Origin: Chlamydiales bacterium
Lineage (GTDB): Bacteria > Chlamydiota > Chlamydiia > Chlamydiales > JAAZZY01
Length of the DNA: 64,000 bases
Assembly: GCA_965206695.1 (NCBI GenBank)
Contig: CBDBKM010000010.1
Location: forward strand, 192,001 to 256,000
Direction: 5' to 3'
Numbering within the stretch: position 1 is the first letter of the stretch; each line of letters opens with the position of its first letter. Positions 1 through 10,427 of this stretch are shown here, one piece after another. The translations under genes and the position numbers were made by a program. The notes below the pieces were generated by a model, which was not told the DNA's origin, did no database searches, and was given only the letters and a program-made list of their open reading frames with translations.

Positions 1-1
1 T

Positions 2-742
2 ATTCCCGGTGGATCACTTAGACATGTGGTTTTGTATGAAATTAAGCGTGAACCCGGTGGTTCATTTCAATTCTCAGTCTATAATACAGGTGCAGGGGTA
101 GAGAGGCATTGGTTATTACCGGAACGAGAAAATCAAATAATAAGGGTTCAAGGGGTATATAAGATTCATTCTATTTCCAAAGAACGGATGTGTTTTCCTT
201 TATTTCTAGAAAAGCTTTTGAAATTTGAAGTTATGGATAATGTTTATTGGATGGAATTTTCGGAAGAACTTTATGATGAATTATTACCTCAACTTGATGG
301 AGTACGAGAAAGACTACCGAGCGATCCTAACCAGTTTATGACGCCTCAGCGATCCGGTACTTGTACATGGAAAGCCATTTGTGCTTACTTGCGTTATAAT
401 ATGCCCTCTTTATCTGATTATAAACAACTGTTACTGAGAGCCAGATCTCAGGTTTTTAATAAGCTTTATTCTATCAATTATGCTATAGATTATAAAAAAG
501 TGTTAGAGCAACTCATGTATAAGTTACTGTATTTGCCGAAAGAAGATTATACGCTTTATTATACTAAGGAAGAAATTATTACTATTAGTATCATGAAAAT
601 GGAAAAGCATTTGAGTCGCTATGATTATTTATTATCAGAAAAGGAAAGGGATAGAATCTACGATATTCTTTTAGAGCTAAGAGGAGATTTATGCCCCACA
701 TGCGGTTTTAATGAAGATAAGATACCACTAATAGCGGTCTAG
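2..742 (+). CDS. 3' part of a hypothetical protein, open at the window edge; candidate cysteine-protease-like effector
   Basis: Frame is open from base 2 (IPGGSLRHVVLYE...); contains H...YNTG...QRSGTC. Confidence 0.55.
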   Translation: MPGGSLRHVVLYEIKREPGGSFQFSVYNTGAGVERHWLLPERENQIIRVQGVYKIHSISKERMCFPLFLEKLLKFEVMDNVYWMEFSEELYDELLPQLDGVRERLPSDPNQFMTPQRSGTCTWKAICAYLRYNMPSLSDYKQLLLRARSQVFNKLYSINYAIDYKKVLEQLMYKLLYLPKEDYTLYYTKEEIITISIMKMEKHLSRYDYLLSEKERDRIYDILLELRGDLCPTCGFNEDKIPLIAV

Positions 743-1510
743 TCTAAATAGGTTTTTGGCATTAAAAGTGCTATGCTCGGCAATTTCTTGTATGGATAAG
801 TTTTTTTCTTTGGCTATCATGTCTGCTGTTTCCGGTAGATAAGAGGGCTCGTTCGTTTTTCCGCGTTTGCTTTGTGGAGCTAGATAAGGGCTATCCGTCT
901 CGATTAGTAATTGGTCTAATGGCACCATTTTAGCTACCTGACGCAGCTCTTTGCTTCGCTTAAATGTTACGATCCCACTAAGCGATAAAAACCATCCTCT
1001 TTTAATGACTTCTTCTGCTTCTTTAGTCGTTCCGGTAAAACAGTGGAGGACGCCGGGGGCATGTTTTCCATTTTTTGAATATTCAGCATCTAAGATTTCA
1101 AAAAAGTCATCAAAAGCATCCCGGCAATGAATAATAACGGGTAGTTGATATTCTAGGGCTAGATGTAAATATTTTTTTAAAAATTTTTTTTGCGTCTCTT
1201 TTTTAGAGTGCTCATAGTAATAATCTAACCCTGTCTCGCCAATAGCAATGAGTTGTTCTTTCTTAGCTGCTTGAGCAACATCGGGATAGAGGAGTTCGCC
1301 TTCTTTATCTACATCATGAGGGGTAGTAGACGCTGCATTAAAAATATATGGGTTTTTAGAGGCAAGCTTTATTCCTCTCTCTAGCGTGACCGGATCGGTA
1401 CAAATATTAATAATGGTATTTACATTTGCCTGTTTGGCTCTTTCTAAAAGAGAGTCAATATTGGGCCATAAGGTATCGCCGGAAAGGTGAGCATGAGAGT
1501 CTATGAACAT
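728..1510 (-). CDS. tatD: TatD family DNase
   Basis: DSHAHL, IGETGLDY, IIHCRDA, GVLHCF and ETDSPYL motifs. Confidence 0.95.
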   Translation of the reverse strand: MFIDSHAHLSGDTLWPNIDSLLERAKQANVNTIINICTDPVTLERGIKLASKNPYIFNAASTTPHDVDKEGELLYPDVAQAAKKEQLIAIGETGLDYYYEHSKKETQKKFLKKYLHLALEYQLPVIIHCRDAFDDFFEILDAEYSKNGKHAPGVLHCFTGTTKEAEEVIKRGWFLSLSGIVTFKRSKELRQVAKMVPLDQLLIETDSPYLAPQSKRGKTNEPSYLPETADMIAKEKNLSIQEIAEHSTFNAKNLFRLDRY

Positions 1511-1553
1511 TTGTTAATTCCCGTCCAAATTATTGAGTTTTTAAGGCTATAAC

Positions 1554-1951
1554 AGGCGTTTCGTGCGTAAATGTTAACACATAGCCAAAATATTTTTCAT
1601 ATTTAAAGTAATAGCGAGCTTGATAATCTCCCAATCTTGTTGATAAAAAGATATTTTATCTTGCCTCCTTTGCTTAAATTTATGTAACCAAGCATAAATA
1701 GACATAAAAATATGATTTCGTTGCACTTATTCGTTATGAGACTGACTGTGCTTAAGGCCACAAGTTTGTTTCAATTTCCTATGATAAACTTCTATTTTCC
1801 AACGAATCTTCATGATTGTTTCAACGTCACTACGACTAAGCTCTTCAATATTTGGTAACCACATCATATCAATATAAAAGAGAAAAATAATATCCGGATT
1901 TCAAAAATTACTTAAACAAGTATTTTAGCATTTCTCTAACGCGAAACTCCT
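1554..1951 (-). mobile_element. Internally deleted IS701-family remnant retaining both ends
   Basis: Ends AGGCGTTTCG (1554) and CGAAACTCCT (to 1951) are inverted; minus strand reads RWKIEVYHRKLKQTCGL...VQRNHIFMS with stops and frameshifts. Confidence 0.65.
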
Positions 1952-1959
1952 GATAGGTT

Positions 1960-2720
1960 CTAAGCAGTCAATTAAGGGCATAAGCCGGTTTAGATGTTAC
2001 CTTTATAAGCGTCGTATATTTAGAGGCATGATCAATAATAGATACAATCGCTCCTTGGTGATTTTTACCTATGATGGGATCTTATTCGAAATTTCCTATT
2101 CTTATTTTTTTATCGACAAGGCACGGCCTTTCGTCAATATCACTCCTATCGGGAATACATCCTCGAGCGGATTTAAAAGATTCTCGTCTTTTATATTTCC
2201 TGCCTTTGTGCCTTAAACTTTTATATAAACAACCTCCTTATCAGCTTGTTTTTCCAAATATACCGATAGATCCTTATCATGGCTAAATAAGTACACCCTT
2301 CGTTTTTAACCCGCCTGCTATTTGAACAGGACTCCACTGAAACCCTAACCTATTTTTTATGGCCGGACCTATTTCAGAAGTCATTTTTTTCTTTATACTA
2401 CTTGCTTTTAATCGCCTGTTTTCTGATTTAATTTGAGCTGCAATATGAATATATCTACCTTGAAAAGGGTTTCTTTGCAGCTCTCTATAAATAGTAGATG
2501 GATCAACTCTTATTTCATAAGCAATATAATCTACAGAATCTCCTCTTTGTTTTAATGCATATATTCGGCATCTTTGTTCATAAGTTAAATGATAATAGCC
2601 TTTAGGCATAAAAATCCCTCCATAATTATTAGTTTTTTAAAAAATTAACTATAGAGATTTTATCATCATTTGACCATTTTCAAATTTCTCCTATTTGTTG
2701 TATTTCGATGTTGAAAGGGC
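1960..2720 (-). pseudogene. IS30-family transposase pseudogene with its left end
   Basis: ORF 2283-2609 has the IS30 HTH (HLTYEQR...STIYREL, WSPVQIAG); it continues after a frameshift as IDERP...GNFE*D; end sequence TGTTGTATTTCGATGTTGAAAGGGC recurs at about 53113-53137 and 61100-61125. Confidence 0.85.
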
Positions 2721-2841
2721 TTTTTTATTTGTTAAAAAAAGACTTTTTCAACACAACCTCTTTACATGGCCTTGACATTTTGTCATTTTTATTTTAATTT
2801 GCATTAATGATCTATCATATTGTTTTAGTTGAGGTTAAGTT

Positions 2842-3579
2842 GTGAACGGAATTTTTATTGCGGCTAATCCCATTACGCAGGCTTATTCACAGTCAGATTT
2901 TTTTGGGCGTATTATTTTTTTGAGTCTTTTTGCTTTGTCATTTTTAAGTTGGGGGGTGTTACTTTATAAAGTTTGGTTAACACGTGTTATATCCCGCTTA
3001 TCAGATCATTTTCATCAACATTTTAATTCAATGCGACATCATCCCTTAGGACTGGAAGTTGGTAATATTAAAATTGTTAAAGGCATTCCACATCCTTTTT
3101 TATCTTTGTTTCAGGTTTTAAAAAAGCAAACACGTGAGCTTTTGAGAAAAAACCGTCTGACAGTTAAAGGGAAGTCTCAGGCCTTTCTTTCGCCATCCGA
3201 TATTGATTATTTAGGGGCTCATTTAAGCAACATGATCTCGGGCCATAGGAAGACATTGGAAAAACATTTATTTGTTCTCTCTACGATTGTTAGCTTAGCT
3301 CCTTTTTTAGGCCTTTTGGGGACTGTTTGGGGAATATTGTTAACTTTTAGTGAGCTACAAGGAAGTGCCGGGCATAGTCATGATATGATTCTTGGTGGAT
3401 TGGCTATGGCGTTAGGTACGACTGTTTTAGGCTTAGTCGTAGCGATACCGGCTCTTATTGCATACAATTATCTTAAACAAGCCATTTCCAATTATATTAC
3501 CAAGATTGAAGATTTTGCTAATGGCATGCTAGGAGCTGTTGAGCTTCAGTATCGCAAAGTTGATGTGAAATATGATTAG
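2842..3579 (+). CDS. tolQ: MotA/TolQ/ExbB proton channel protein
   Basis: APFLGLLGTVWGI and ALGTTVLGLVVAIPA motifs; first gene of tol-pal cluster. Confidence 0.9.
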   Translation: MNGIFIAANPITQAYSQSDFFGRIIFLSLFALSFLSWGVLLYKVWLTRVISRLSDHFHQHFNSMRHHPLGLEVGNIKIVKGIPHPFLSLFQVLKKQTRELLRKNRLTVKGKSQAFLSPSDIDYLGAHLSNMISGHRKTLEKHLFVLSTIVSLAPFLGLLGTVWGILLTFSELQGSAGHSHDMILGGLAMALGTTVLGLVVAIPALIAYNYLKQAISNYITKIEDFANGMLGAVELQYRKVDVKYD

Positions 3580-4003
3580 AAGACGGATTACTAAAAGTAA
3601 TACGCCTCAATTAGAGGACGCTTGGGTTAATCTAACTCCTTTGATTGATGTCGTATTTGTTGTTTTAATTATGTTTATTGTGGTAACTCCCATGCTTGAA
3701 ATAGACCAATTGGAGTTACCCTCCGGCAATCGTACGAATTCGTTTGAAGATATCGCATCTCTTCAAAGTGATACGGATATTAATATTCACGTTCATAAAG
3801 ATAACTCGATTTGGCTAAATAAACGCTTAGTGACTGTGGACCAATTGCCCTTCTTCTTAAAAGAAGCCAATATGCAATATCCAAATAAAACGCCTAAATT
3901 ATTTCAGGATCAATTTGCTTATTTTGGTACCTACCAAGAAGTGAAAAATGCTGTTCAAGAAGCCGGTTTTGACCAAATTGATGTTATCTTGAAACCGATA
4001 TAA
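3572..4003 (+). CDS. tolR: ExbD/TolR protein
   Basis: NLTPLIDVVFVVLIMF motif. Confidence 0.9.
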   Translation: MIRRRITKSNTPQLEDAWVNLTPLIDVVFVVLIMFIVVTPMLEIDQLELPSGNRTNSFEDIASLQSDTDINIHVHKDNSIWLNKRLVTVDQLPFFLKEANMQYPNKTPKLFQDQFAYFGTYQEVKNAVQEAGFDQIDVILKPI

Positions 4004-4007
4004 GTTT

Positions 4008-4727
4008 ATGTCTATCAGCCGTAATACTGTCATATATTTTATTTTTTTGATTGTTGCATTAGTGCATGGGCAATGTTGTTACGAAATATTTATAAAATCG
4101 AAATCATGGAAAATGCCGACTCATTCGAATAAAAAAGTGTTAGTCAAAACTATTCAATTACAACCTAAAATAATAGCAGCTATTCCTAAGAACGAGTCTA
4201 ATCGGAAGGTGGTTATTAAAAATGAAAAAGAAACCGCTCCGATATCTAAAAAGAAAATAGAGACACAAAAACAAATAAAGAAACATATTCCAAATACCTG
4301 TGTTTCAAATAAAGCAGCTCTTTTGAAACAAGCTAAAGAAAAAGTAGCTTCAATGAAACAAGCGGATGATTCCTCAGTTAAAGGGGCAAAAGAAGGACGG
4401 GTATCTCTTCCTGTTCCAATAGATATGGAGACATCTCAAGAGACAAGTTCTCATGCCGTACAAAATCATATGGCGTATTATAATGATGAATTAAAAAAGC
4501 GTATCCGGTTAGAATTACGCTTGCCAGAACATGGTGATGTAAGAGTAAAATTAATCTTGCGTCGATCAGGGTCTGTTATTGAAGTAGAAATTATCGAATC
4601 GAATAGTGAGAAAAATCGTTATTATGTCGAAAATAATCTTCCACAGATGCGTTTCCCTCCCTTTGGTAAAGAGTTCAAGGGGGATTCTGAGCAGACCTTT
4701 AACCTTTGCTTAAGTAGTCATTCATGA
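4008..4727 (+). CDS. TolA/TonB-like protein
   Basis: N-terminal TM, Lys-rich linker, TonB-C-like end; lies between tolR and tolB. Confidence 0.7.
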   Translation: MSISRNTVIYFIFLIVALVHGQCCYEIFIKSKSWKMPTHSNKKVLVKTIQLQPKIIAAIPKNESNRKVVIKNEKETAPISKKKIETQKQIKKHIPNTCVSNKAALLKQAKEKVASMKQADDSSVKGAKEGRVSLPVPIDMETSQETSSHAVQNHMAYYNDELKKRIRLELRLPEHGDVRVKLILRRSGSVIEVEIIESNSEKNRYYVENNLPQMRFPPFGKEFKGDSEQTFNLCLSSHS

Positions 4728-6115
4728 AAAAAAAAATAGTTTTATTATTATTTACTGTTGTTGCCTTTGCTCATATTTTTGCTGATGAAGGCGATTTTTT
4801 TCCCTCCGGTGAGATTCGTATTCATCTGGATACTCAAAGCGCATTAATTCCGATGTATTTAGCCCCATTTATTGCTGATCATTTAGGGGTATCTGAACAA
4901 TATGTTCAAGAATTAGAGGAAGTTCTTCGGTTCGATCTTCAATATAATGGAAGAAGTGAACTGCTTTTGCATAATAAGGAAAGGCAAGCTCCTTTTTTAA
5001 AGAAAAAAATCATTTATGACCGGAGTTATTGGCAAAAAATTGGAGCTTATTATGTTATTTGTTGTCACTTGAAAGGGAATCATCTTCTTTTGGATCTGTA
5101 TTCCGTAGGCAATAATAAATTAAAAACTTCAGATACGATTGCTCTTTCCGGAAAACTAAGTGAGGATCGTAGAGTTATTCATGAGTTAGCTGATAGTATT
5201 CATGCCCATCTATTTAATAAAAAAGGAATAGCAACCACTAAACTTTTATATTCTGTTAAAACGAAAAATCCGGATACCAATTCAGTATATGAATGGATAT
5301 CGGAGATATGGGAATGTGATTATGACGGTAAGAATAAAAGACAGGTCACTTTCGAAAATAATTTTTGTATCACGCCTGTTTACTTGCCCCCAAAGCCGGG
5401 TTATAGTTGTGGCAGTTTCTTTTATGTCTCATATAAAATGGGACAACCCAAAATTTACATGGCTTCATTGAAAGATGGGGACAGTAGACGTTTTAGTTTT
5501 CTAAGAGGTAACCAGTTAATGCCTTATATTTCTTCTTTTAGAGATCAAGTTCTATTTATCAATGATGCTCCCGGTAATCCTGAAATTTTCTTACAACCGT
5601 TTAATCCTGAGATCGGACCTTTAGGAAAACCCAGACAAATTTTTTCGTGTCGACGAGCAACCCAGGCTTCTCCTGTTTTAAGTCCGGATGGCTCTCAAGT
5701 AGCATTTGTTTCAGATAAAGATGGCACTCCTAGAATTTACTCAATAAAAGTACCCGATTTAAAGGATAGTCAGCAAGATATTCAGATAAAGTTATTGACT
5801 AAACAGAATAGAGAAAACACAAGCCCTACTTGGTCACCTGATGGAACAAAGCTAGCTTATAGTTCTCGTTCCAAAGGAGTTAGACAAATATGGATATATG
5901 ACTTTAATGAAGGAAAAGAAAGACAACTAACTGTAGGTTCGGGTAATAAAGAAAACCCTACATGGGCCCCCGATAGTTTACATCTCGTTTTTAATTCTTC
6001 CGAATTGGACTCTTGTGATTTGTATCTAATTAACTTGAATCAGCCCAATGCGATAAAAATAACTGAGGGTTCCGGTAAGCAACGCTTTCCTAGTTGGGAA
6101 CCAATCAAAAGGTAA
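4724..6115 (+). CDS. tolB: Tol-Pal beta-propeller protein TolB
   Basis: Signal peptide and repeated P-x-(W/L)-S-P-D-G propeller motifs. Confidence 0.92.
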   Translation: MKKKIVLLLFTVVAFAHIFADEGDFFPSGEIRIHLDTQSALIPMYLAPFIADHLGVSEQYVQELEEVLRFDLQYNGRSELLLHNKERQAPFLKKKIIYDRSYWQKIGAYYVICCHLKGNHLLLDLYSVGNNKLKTSDTIALSGKLSEDRRVIHELADSIHAHLFNKKGIATTKLLYSVKTKNPDTNSVYEWISEIWECDYDGKNKRQVTFENNFCITPVYLPPKPGYSCGSFFYVSYKMGQPKIYMASLKDGDSRRFSFLRGNQLMPYISSFRDQVLFINDAPGNPEIFLQPFNPEIGPLGKPRQIFSCRRATQASPVLSPDGSQVAFVSDKDGTPRIYSIKVPDLKDSQQDIQIKLLTKQNRENTSPTWSPDGTKLAYSSRSKGVRQIWIYDFNEGKERQLTVGSGNKENPTWAPDSLHLVFNSSELDSCDLYLINLNQPNAIKITEGSGKQRFPSWEPIKR

Positions 6116-6208
6116 TATTGAAATGCTTCTGGAAAAAAAAGAGGGATTCATGTTTTATAGTTATTTAGTTATTGTATGTGATTTATCTATTAATGACTTG
6201 GGGAACCT

Positions 6209-6910
6209 ATGAAAAAAATATACTCACCTTTTTTAGTGATCATTTCTCTGTTGTCTTTATGTTTGTCTTCCTGTGGTTATCGATCGCCACAAAACATTTG
6301 GGAAGACACGAAAACTGCCGGACGTCACATGGGAAGAGGGTTAAGAGCCTTAGGCGGTAAACAGGGTGATTCTCGCCTACTTCGTCAACTTCACGATTTT
6401 AATGGTCCGGAGGAAGAAGAATTTATTTCTTTGCGCGATGAGAATCAAAAGGCCGGCGTTCATTTCGAAGAAAATGAATCTTTTTCACTTTCTAAAGAAA
6501 ATCCGGGTGAGTTGGGTAGTTTTTTACCAAGTATTGATTTTTTTATGGATCCGGACGGTAGTATTGCCAAAGTTTTTGAGAAAGTTTATTTCGATACGAA
6601 TAAACACACGATATTGGGTAGTGACAATATTAGCAAATTAGATCAAATAGCGAAATTTTTACAAGATCATCCCGATTATTACATATATGTTGCCGGCCAT
6701 TGTGATACTAGAGGCACAGCCAATTACAATATGGCTTTGGGATCAAGAAGAAGTAATATGGTCCGCAATGAGTTAATTAAAAGAGGGGTAAACCTAGACC
6801 GGGTGTTTACTATTTCATATGGTAAAGAAAGACCTATAGCAATGGAGCAAACAACTCATGATTGGGAATTAAATCGTCGCGCTGAATTTAAAATTCACAA
6901 GGTCCGTTAG
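6209..6910 (+). CDS. pal: Peptidoglycan-associated lipoprotein (OmpA-C domain)
   Basis: Lipobox LSSC; GHCDTRGT..YN..LG.RR, SYGKERP and NRRAEF motifs. Confidence 0.92.
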   Translation: MKKIYSPFLVIISLLSLCLSSCGYRSPQNIWEDTKTAGRHMGRGLRALGGKQGDSRLLRQLHDFNGPEEEEFISLRDENQKAGVHFEENESFSLSKENPGELGSFLPSIDFFMDPDGSIAKVFEKVYFDTNKHTILGSDNISKLDQIAKFLQDHPDYYIYVAGHCDTRGTANYNMALGSRRSNMVRNELIKRGVNLDRVFTISYGKERPIAMEQTTHDWELNRRAEFKIHKVR

Positions 6911-6913
6911 GAT

Positions 6914-7609
6914 TTGATATTTATGGAGAAAAAAAGGGCATACACAGTTGTTTTAAAACGCATCTTACCAATTTTTTGTTTGTTTGCGATGACGGCTTGT
7001 GCTGTGCCCAAGCATATTAAAGGGCATGAAGCTCAAGTAGAGTTAACATTAAGAGAAATGCGTTCTGAAGTTGAAGATTTTAAATATCAAATTAATAGTT
7101 ATGAAGTAGAGCTTCAAATCCTAGAAGGTAAAGTTAATGGTCAAGAGACTGATTTAGGTGAATTAAGACATCATTTTGTTCGCGTTAATCAGGCGAGTAA
7201 AGATATTATAGAAGGCAAGCTTACAACTTTAGAATATCGTCTGAGCGCTTTAGAAAGAAGTGAAGAAATGGTTATAGCTGACCTTCATAAACTAAAAGAG
7301 CATGCCAATAGTACCGGAGCTTCACTGGCTCAATTTAAAGCAAAGCTTGATGATACTGAACGATTGATTAGCCAGCAAAGCAGAAATCTTGATAACTTAA
7401 AGGATGCTTTGGCCTCCGTTATGAGAGTTTTAGAAGATCAAAGTCATCCGGAAGCTATATTAGGTACCCAACCGGCCTATACAGTTAAGCCGGGTGATTC
7501 TTTAGAGCGTATCGCAAAAGAGCATAATACCTCTGTGGAAAATGTCAAAGCATTGAATCATCTTTCCAGTGATTTGATCGTCGTAGGACAACGACTTCAA
7601 ATTCCTTAA
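6914..7609 (+). CDS. Coiled-coil lipoprotein with C-terminal LysM domain
   Basis: MTAC lipobox; YTVKPGDSLERIA...GQRLQIP LysM motif. Confidence 0.85.
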   Translation: MIFMEKKRAYTVVLKRILPIFCLFAMTACAVPKHIKGHEAQVELTLREMRSEVEDFKYQINSYEVELQILEGKVNGQETDLGELRHHFVRVNQASKDIIEGKLTTLEYRLSALERSEEMVIADLHKLKEHANSTGASLAQFKAKLDDTERLISQQSRNLDNLKDALASVMRVLEDQSHPEAILGTQPAYTVKPGDSLERIAKEHNTSVENVKALNHLSSDLIVVGQRLQIP

Positions 7610-7630
7610 TCAATTGTAATTTCTTATCTT

Positions 7631-8452
7631 ATGTCTGAACAACAAACAGTTCATAATAGTATAGCTGTATTTGATTCCGGTGTTGGCGGTTTAACTATCG
7701 TGAAAGAGTTAAAAAGCCAATTGCCATCCGAAAACATTATATATTTTGGCGATACTGCTCATGTGCCATATGGTAATAAAAGTGTTGATGCCATTAGACG
7801 CTATGCTAAGCGATCTATTGAATTTTTATTGAGGCACCCAATAAAACTCTTAATTATAGGTTGTAATACCGTCTCAGCTGTTGCTATGGAATATTTACAC
7901 AATTATTTTTCTATTCCCATATTAGGTGTAATCGCATCAGGAGTCAAAGAAGCGATTGCAGTAAGCGAGAATAAAAGAATAGGTGTTATAGGAACTCATA
8001 CCACAATAGAATCTAAGGTATATCAAAATAGGATATTACAAAAAGTACCCAAAGCTCACATTCAAGCTATTGCATGTCCTTTGTTTGTTCCTCTAATAGA
8101 AGAAAAAATGCTTCCTTTTAAAATTAACAAATTAATAGTGAAGTCTTATTTACTGCCGTTAAAAGATAGTCAAATTGATACGTTAATTTTAGGGTGCACT
8201 CATTACCCGTTACTTCAAAATCTCATTCAAGAAGTTATGGGTGCAGAGGTTCATCTAATCAATTCAGCATCATCACTGGTAAAAGTTGTAAAAGCGTTTT
8301 TAGAAAAACATCATTTAGCAAATCCAAACATATCATTAGGGGAACATCAGTACTTTGTATCAGATGATCCGAAAAGATTTACTTTGTTAGGTAGCCAATT
8401 TATCGGTCACTCATTAGATCAAGTAAGGGGATATGATGATATTTTTAATTAA
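7631..8452 (+). CDS. murI: Glutamate racemase
   Basis: FDSGVGGLT, GCNT and LGCTHYP motifs. Confidence 0.95.
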   Translation: MSEQQTVHNSIAVFDSGVGGLTIVKELKSQLPSENIIYFGDTAHVPYGNKSVDAIRRYAKRSIEFLLRHPIKLLIIGCNTVSAVAMEYLHNYFSIPILGVIASGVKEAIAVSENKRIGVIGTHTTIESKVYQNRILQKVPKAHIQAIACPLFVPLIEEKMLPFKINKLIVKSYLLPLKDSQIDTLILGCTHYPLLQNLIQEVMGAEVHLINSASSLVKVVKAFLEKHHLANPNISLGEHQYFVSDDPKRFTLLGSQFIGHSLDQVRGYDDIFN

Positions 8453-8497
8453 AACCAACTAAGATGCTTAATATAAGTAGTTTAATTATATTGGATA

Positions 8498-9106
8498 TTA
8501 TAATTGTCCCTTTTTAATAGCTTCCCATTGTTCAAAGGTACAAATCTGATTCCGGCTTTCTTTTTCTTCTCTATATCGGAGTATTTCAGAGTCTTCGACC
8601 CAATGTAGGTTTTTCTCTATTTTGACTCTTTCAGGAAAGAGACAGCCATTTAAGTGATCAACTTCATGTTGCATAACTCTTGCTAAGAAGCCGGTAAAAG
8701 TTTCGGTAATTGCCTCACCTTTTTCATTAAAAGCTTCGACCGTGACTGTCAAATAGCGAGGTACTAGACCTACTATATTCTGAATAGAAAAACATCCTTC
8801 TCTTCCCTCTTCTATTTCATCACCATGAGAAATAATGACAGGATTGATGTAACATTTCATAGCATCTATTTCTCTTTCTTCTAAATCGAAACCGGAGGTC
8901 ACTAAGATAATACGTTTATCTATTCCGATTTGAGGGGCAGCAAGGCCTACCATTCCTCTCATAGCCGTATCGGCATTTTCATCAGCTGCGATTTTCAACA
9001 TGGTTTTAATGCAGTCTTGATTGACTTCATTTAAAATATCTTCCGGAAGAATTGCTTGGGCCGGTTTATGAAGAATGGGATTGTGTGTAGGGACATAAAT
9101 ATCCAT
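8498..9106 (-). CDS. def: Peptide deformylase
   Basis: GLAAPQIG, EGCFS and HEVDH motifs. Confidence 0.92.
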   Translation of the reverse strand: MDIYVPTHNPILHKPAQAILPEDILNEVNQDCIKTMLKIAADENADTAMRGMVGLAAPQIGIDKRIILVTSGFDLEEREIDAMKCYINPVIISHGDEIEEGREGCFSIQNIVGLVPRYLTVTVEAFNEKGEAITETFTGFLARVMQHEVDHLNGCLFPERVKIEKNLHWVEDSEILRYREEKESRNQICTFEQWEAIKKGQL

Positions 9107-9258
9107 CTGAATAGGCTCCTGTTCATTAGCTTATAAATAGGAATTAATTAATAAAGATAAGAAGGTTATAAAACAGATAAGGAAATAATTACGCATTCTT
9201 GAATAGATGATACTTTTCATTGAAAACCTCACTTGGAAATTTCATATTACTTGGCTTC

Positions 9259-9350
9259 AGGAGTTTCGTGCGTAAACGTTAACACATAGCCAACATATTT
9301 GTCATATTTAAAGTAATAGCGGGCTTTATCATTTCCCAATCTTGTTGATA
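9259..9350 (-). repeat. Isolated IS701-family right-end fragment
   Basis: Near-copy of about 1554-1650; a third, inverted copy lies at about 61310-61363. Confidence 0.7.
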
Positions 9351-9359
9351 AACAGATAA

Positions 9360-9438
9360 ACTTAAAGGAGGAAGCCATGAAGCTTGAAATATGCGCCATC
9401 TGTTGTATTTGTGATGACTATTTAAACGAACTAAACAC
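9360..9438 (+). pseudogene. 5' stub of an IS982-like transposase, cut by IS630
   Basis: AGGAGG RBS, ATG at 9377, MKLEICAICCICDDYL resembles IS982 N-termini. Confidence 0.45.
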
Positions 9439-9440
9439 TA

Positions 9441-10375
9441 TAGTATTTTAATTTTTATTTGATAATATGTTATCCTTCTTTTTTTATACAAACAGTAAGG
9501 ACAAAACAATGCCTAGAGCCTATTCAGTAGATCTTCGAGAGAAAGTATTACAACATATAGAAAAACATCATGATAAAAAAACAGCCGGCCATATTTTTCA
9601 AGTAGGTATCGCAACAATATATCGATGGATCTTGCAAAAAAAGCAAAAAGGACATTTAAAGCCAATCCGCAGAAAATATGCTTATAAGAAATTAGATGAT
9701 GAGTTGTTATCTAAATATGTAGAAAAACATCCGGATTATTTTTTATCGGAAATTGCTGATTATTTTTCAGTCACTCCGCAAACGATTTTTTATGCCCTTA
9801 AAAGATTAAAAATTACACGAAAAAAAAAACTACTCGCTATAAGGAAAGAGATGAAAAGAAACGGGAAGCTTTTATGAAAGATTTAAAAAATATTCCCTTT
9901 GACAAGAGAATTTATCTCGATGAAACCGGGATTCATCAATTTTTATTTCGTGAGTCCGGAAGAAGCTTACGCGGCAAAAAAGTTTTTGGAGCGGTTTCAG
10001 GAAACCGCTTTATAAGGCAAAATATTATTTCAGCCCTATCTAAAGGGCAGTTTTTATCTCCAATGTGTTTTGAAGGTACTTGTAATACCGGGTTATTCAA
10101 TATTTGGCTTAAGGAAGTTTTGACTCCTCAGCTTAAACCCGGTAGTGTTCTTATTCTTGACAATGCCGGTTTTCACAAGTCAGCGGAAAGCAGGAAAACA
10201 GTAGAATCTGCCGGTTGTAAGCTTATGTTTCTTCCTCCATATTCTCCGGACTTAAATCCTATAGAAAAATATTGGGCTAATATGAAAAATAAAGTTAGAG
10301 AGATATTACGAAAAGTTACGAATTTTAAATTCGCTATTGATCAAGCAATCTTATCAGTGTAAAATTAAATGACTA
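9441..10375 (+). mobile_element. IS630-family element (935 bp), apparently intact; orfA/orfB joined by a -1 frameshift
   Basis: Imperfect IRs TAGTATTTTAATTTT / AAAATTAAATGACTA flanked by TA; A10 run at 9820-9829; DET...DNA...SPDLNPIE DDE motifs. Confidence 0.92.
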
Positions 10376-10427
10376 TATTTGTAGAGACATTCTAGTGTTT
10401 TTATTAAGGAATAACCAAGAGGAGTTT

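Noticed and set aside
2028..2286. Two short plus-strand ORFs
   Set aside because: Antisense shadows of the IS30 pseudogene.
7631..8452. murI as an anomaly for a chlamydia
   Set aside because: Absent from Chlamydiaceae but, to my knowledge, present in environmental chlamydiae; ordinary here.
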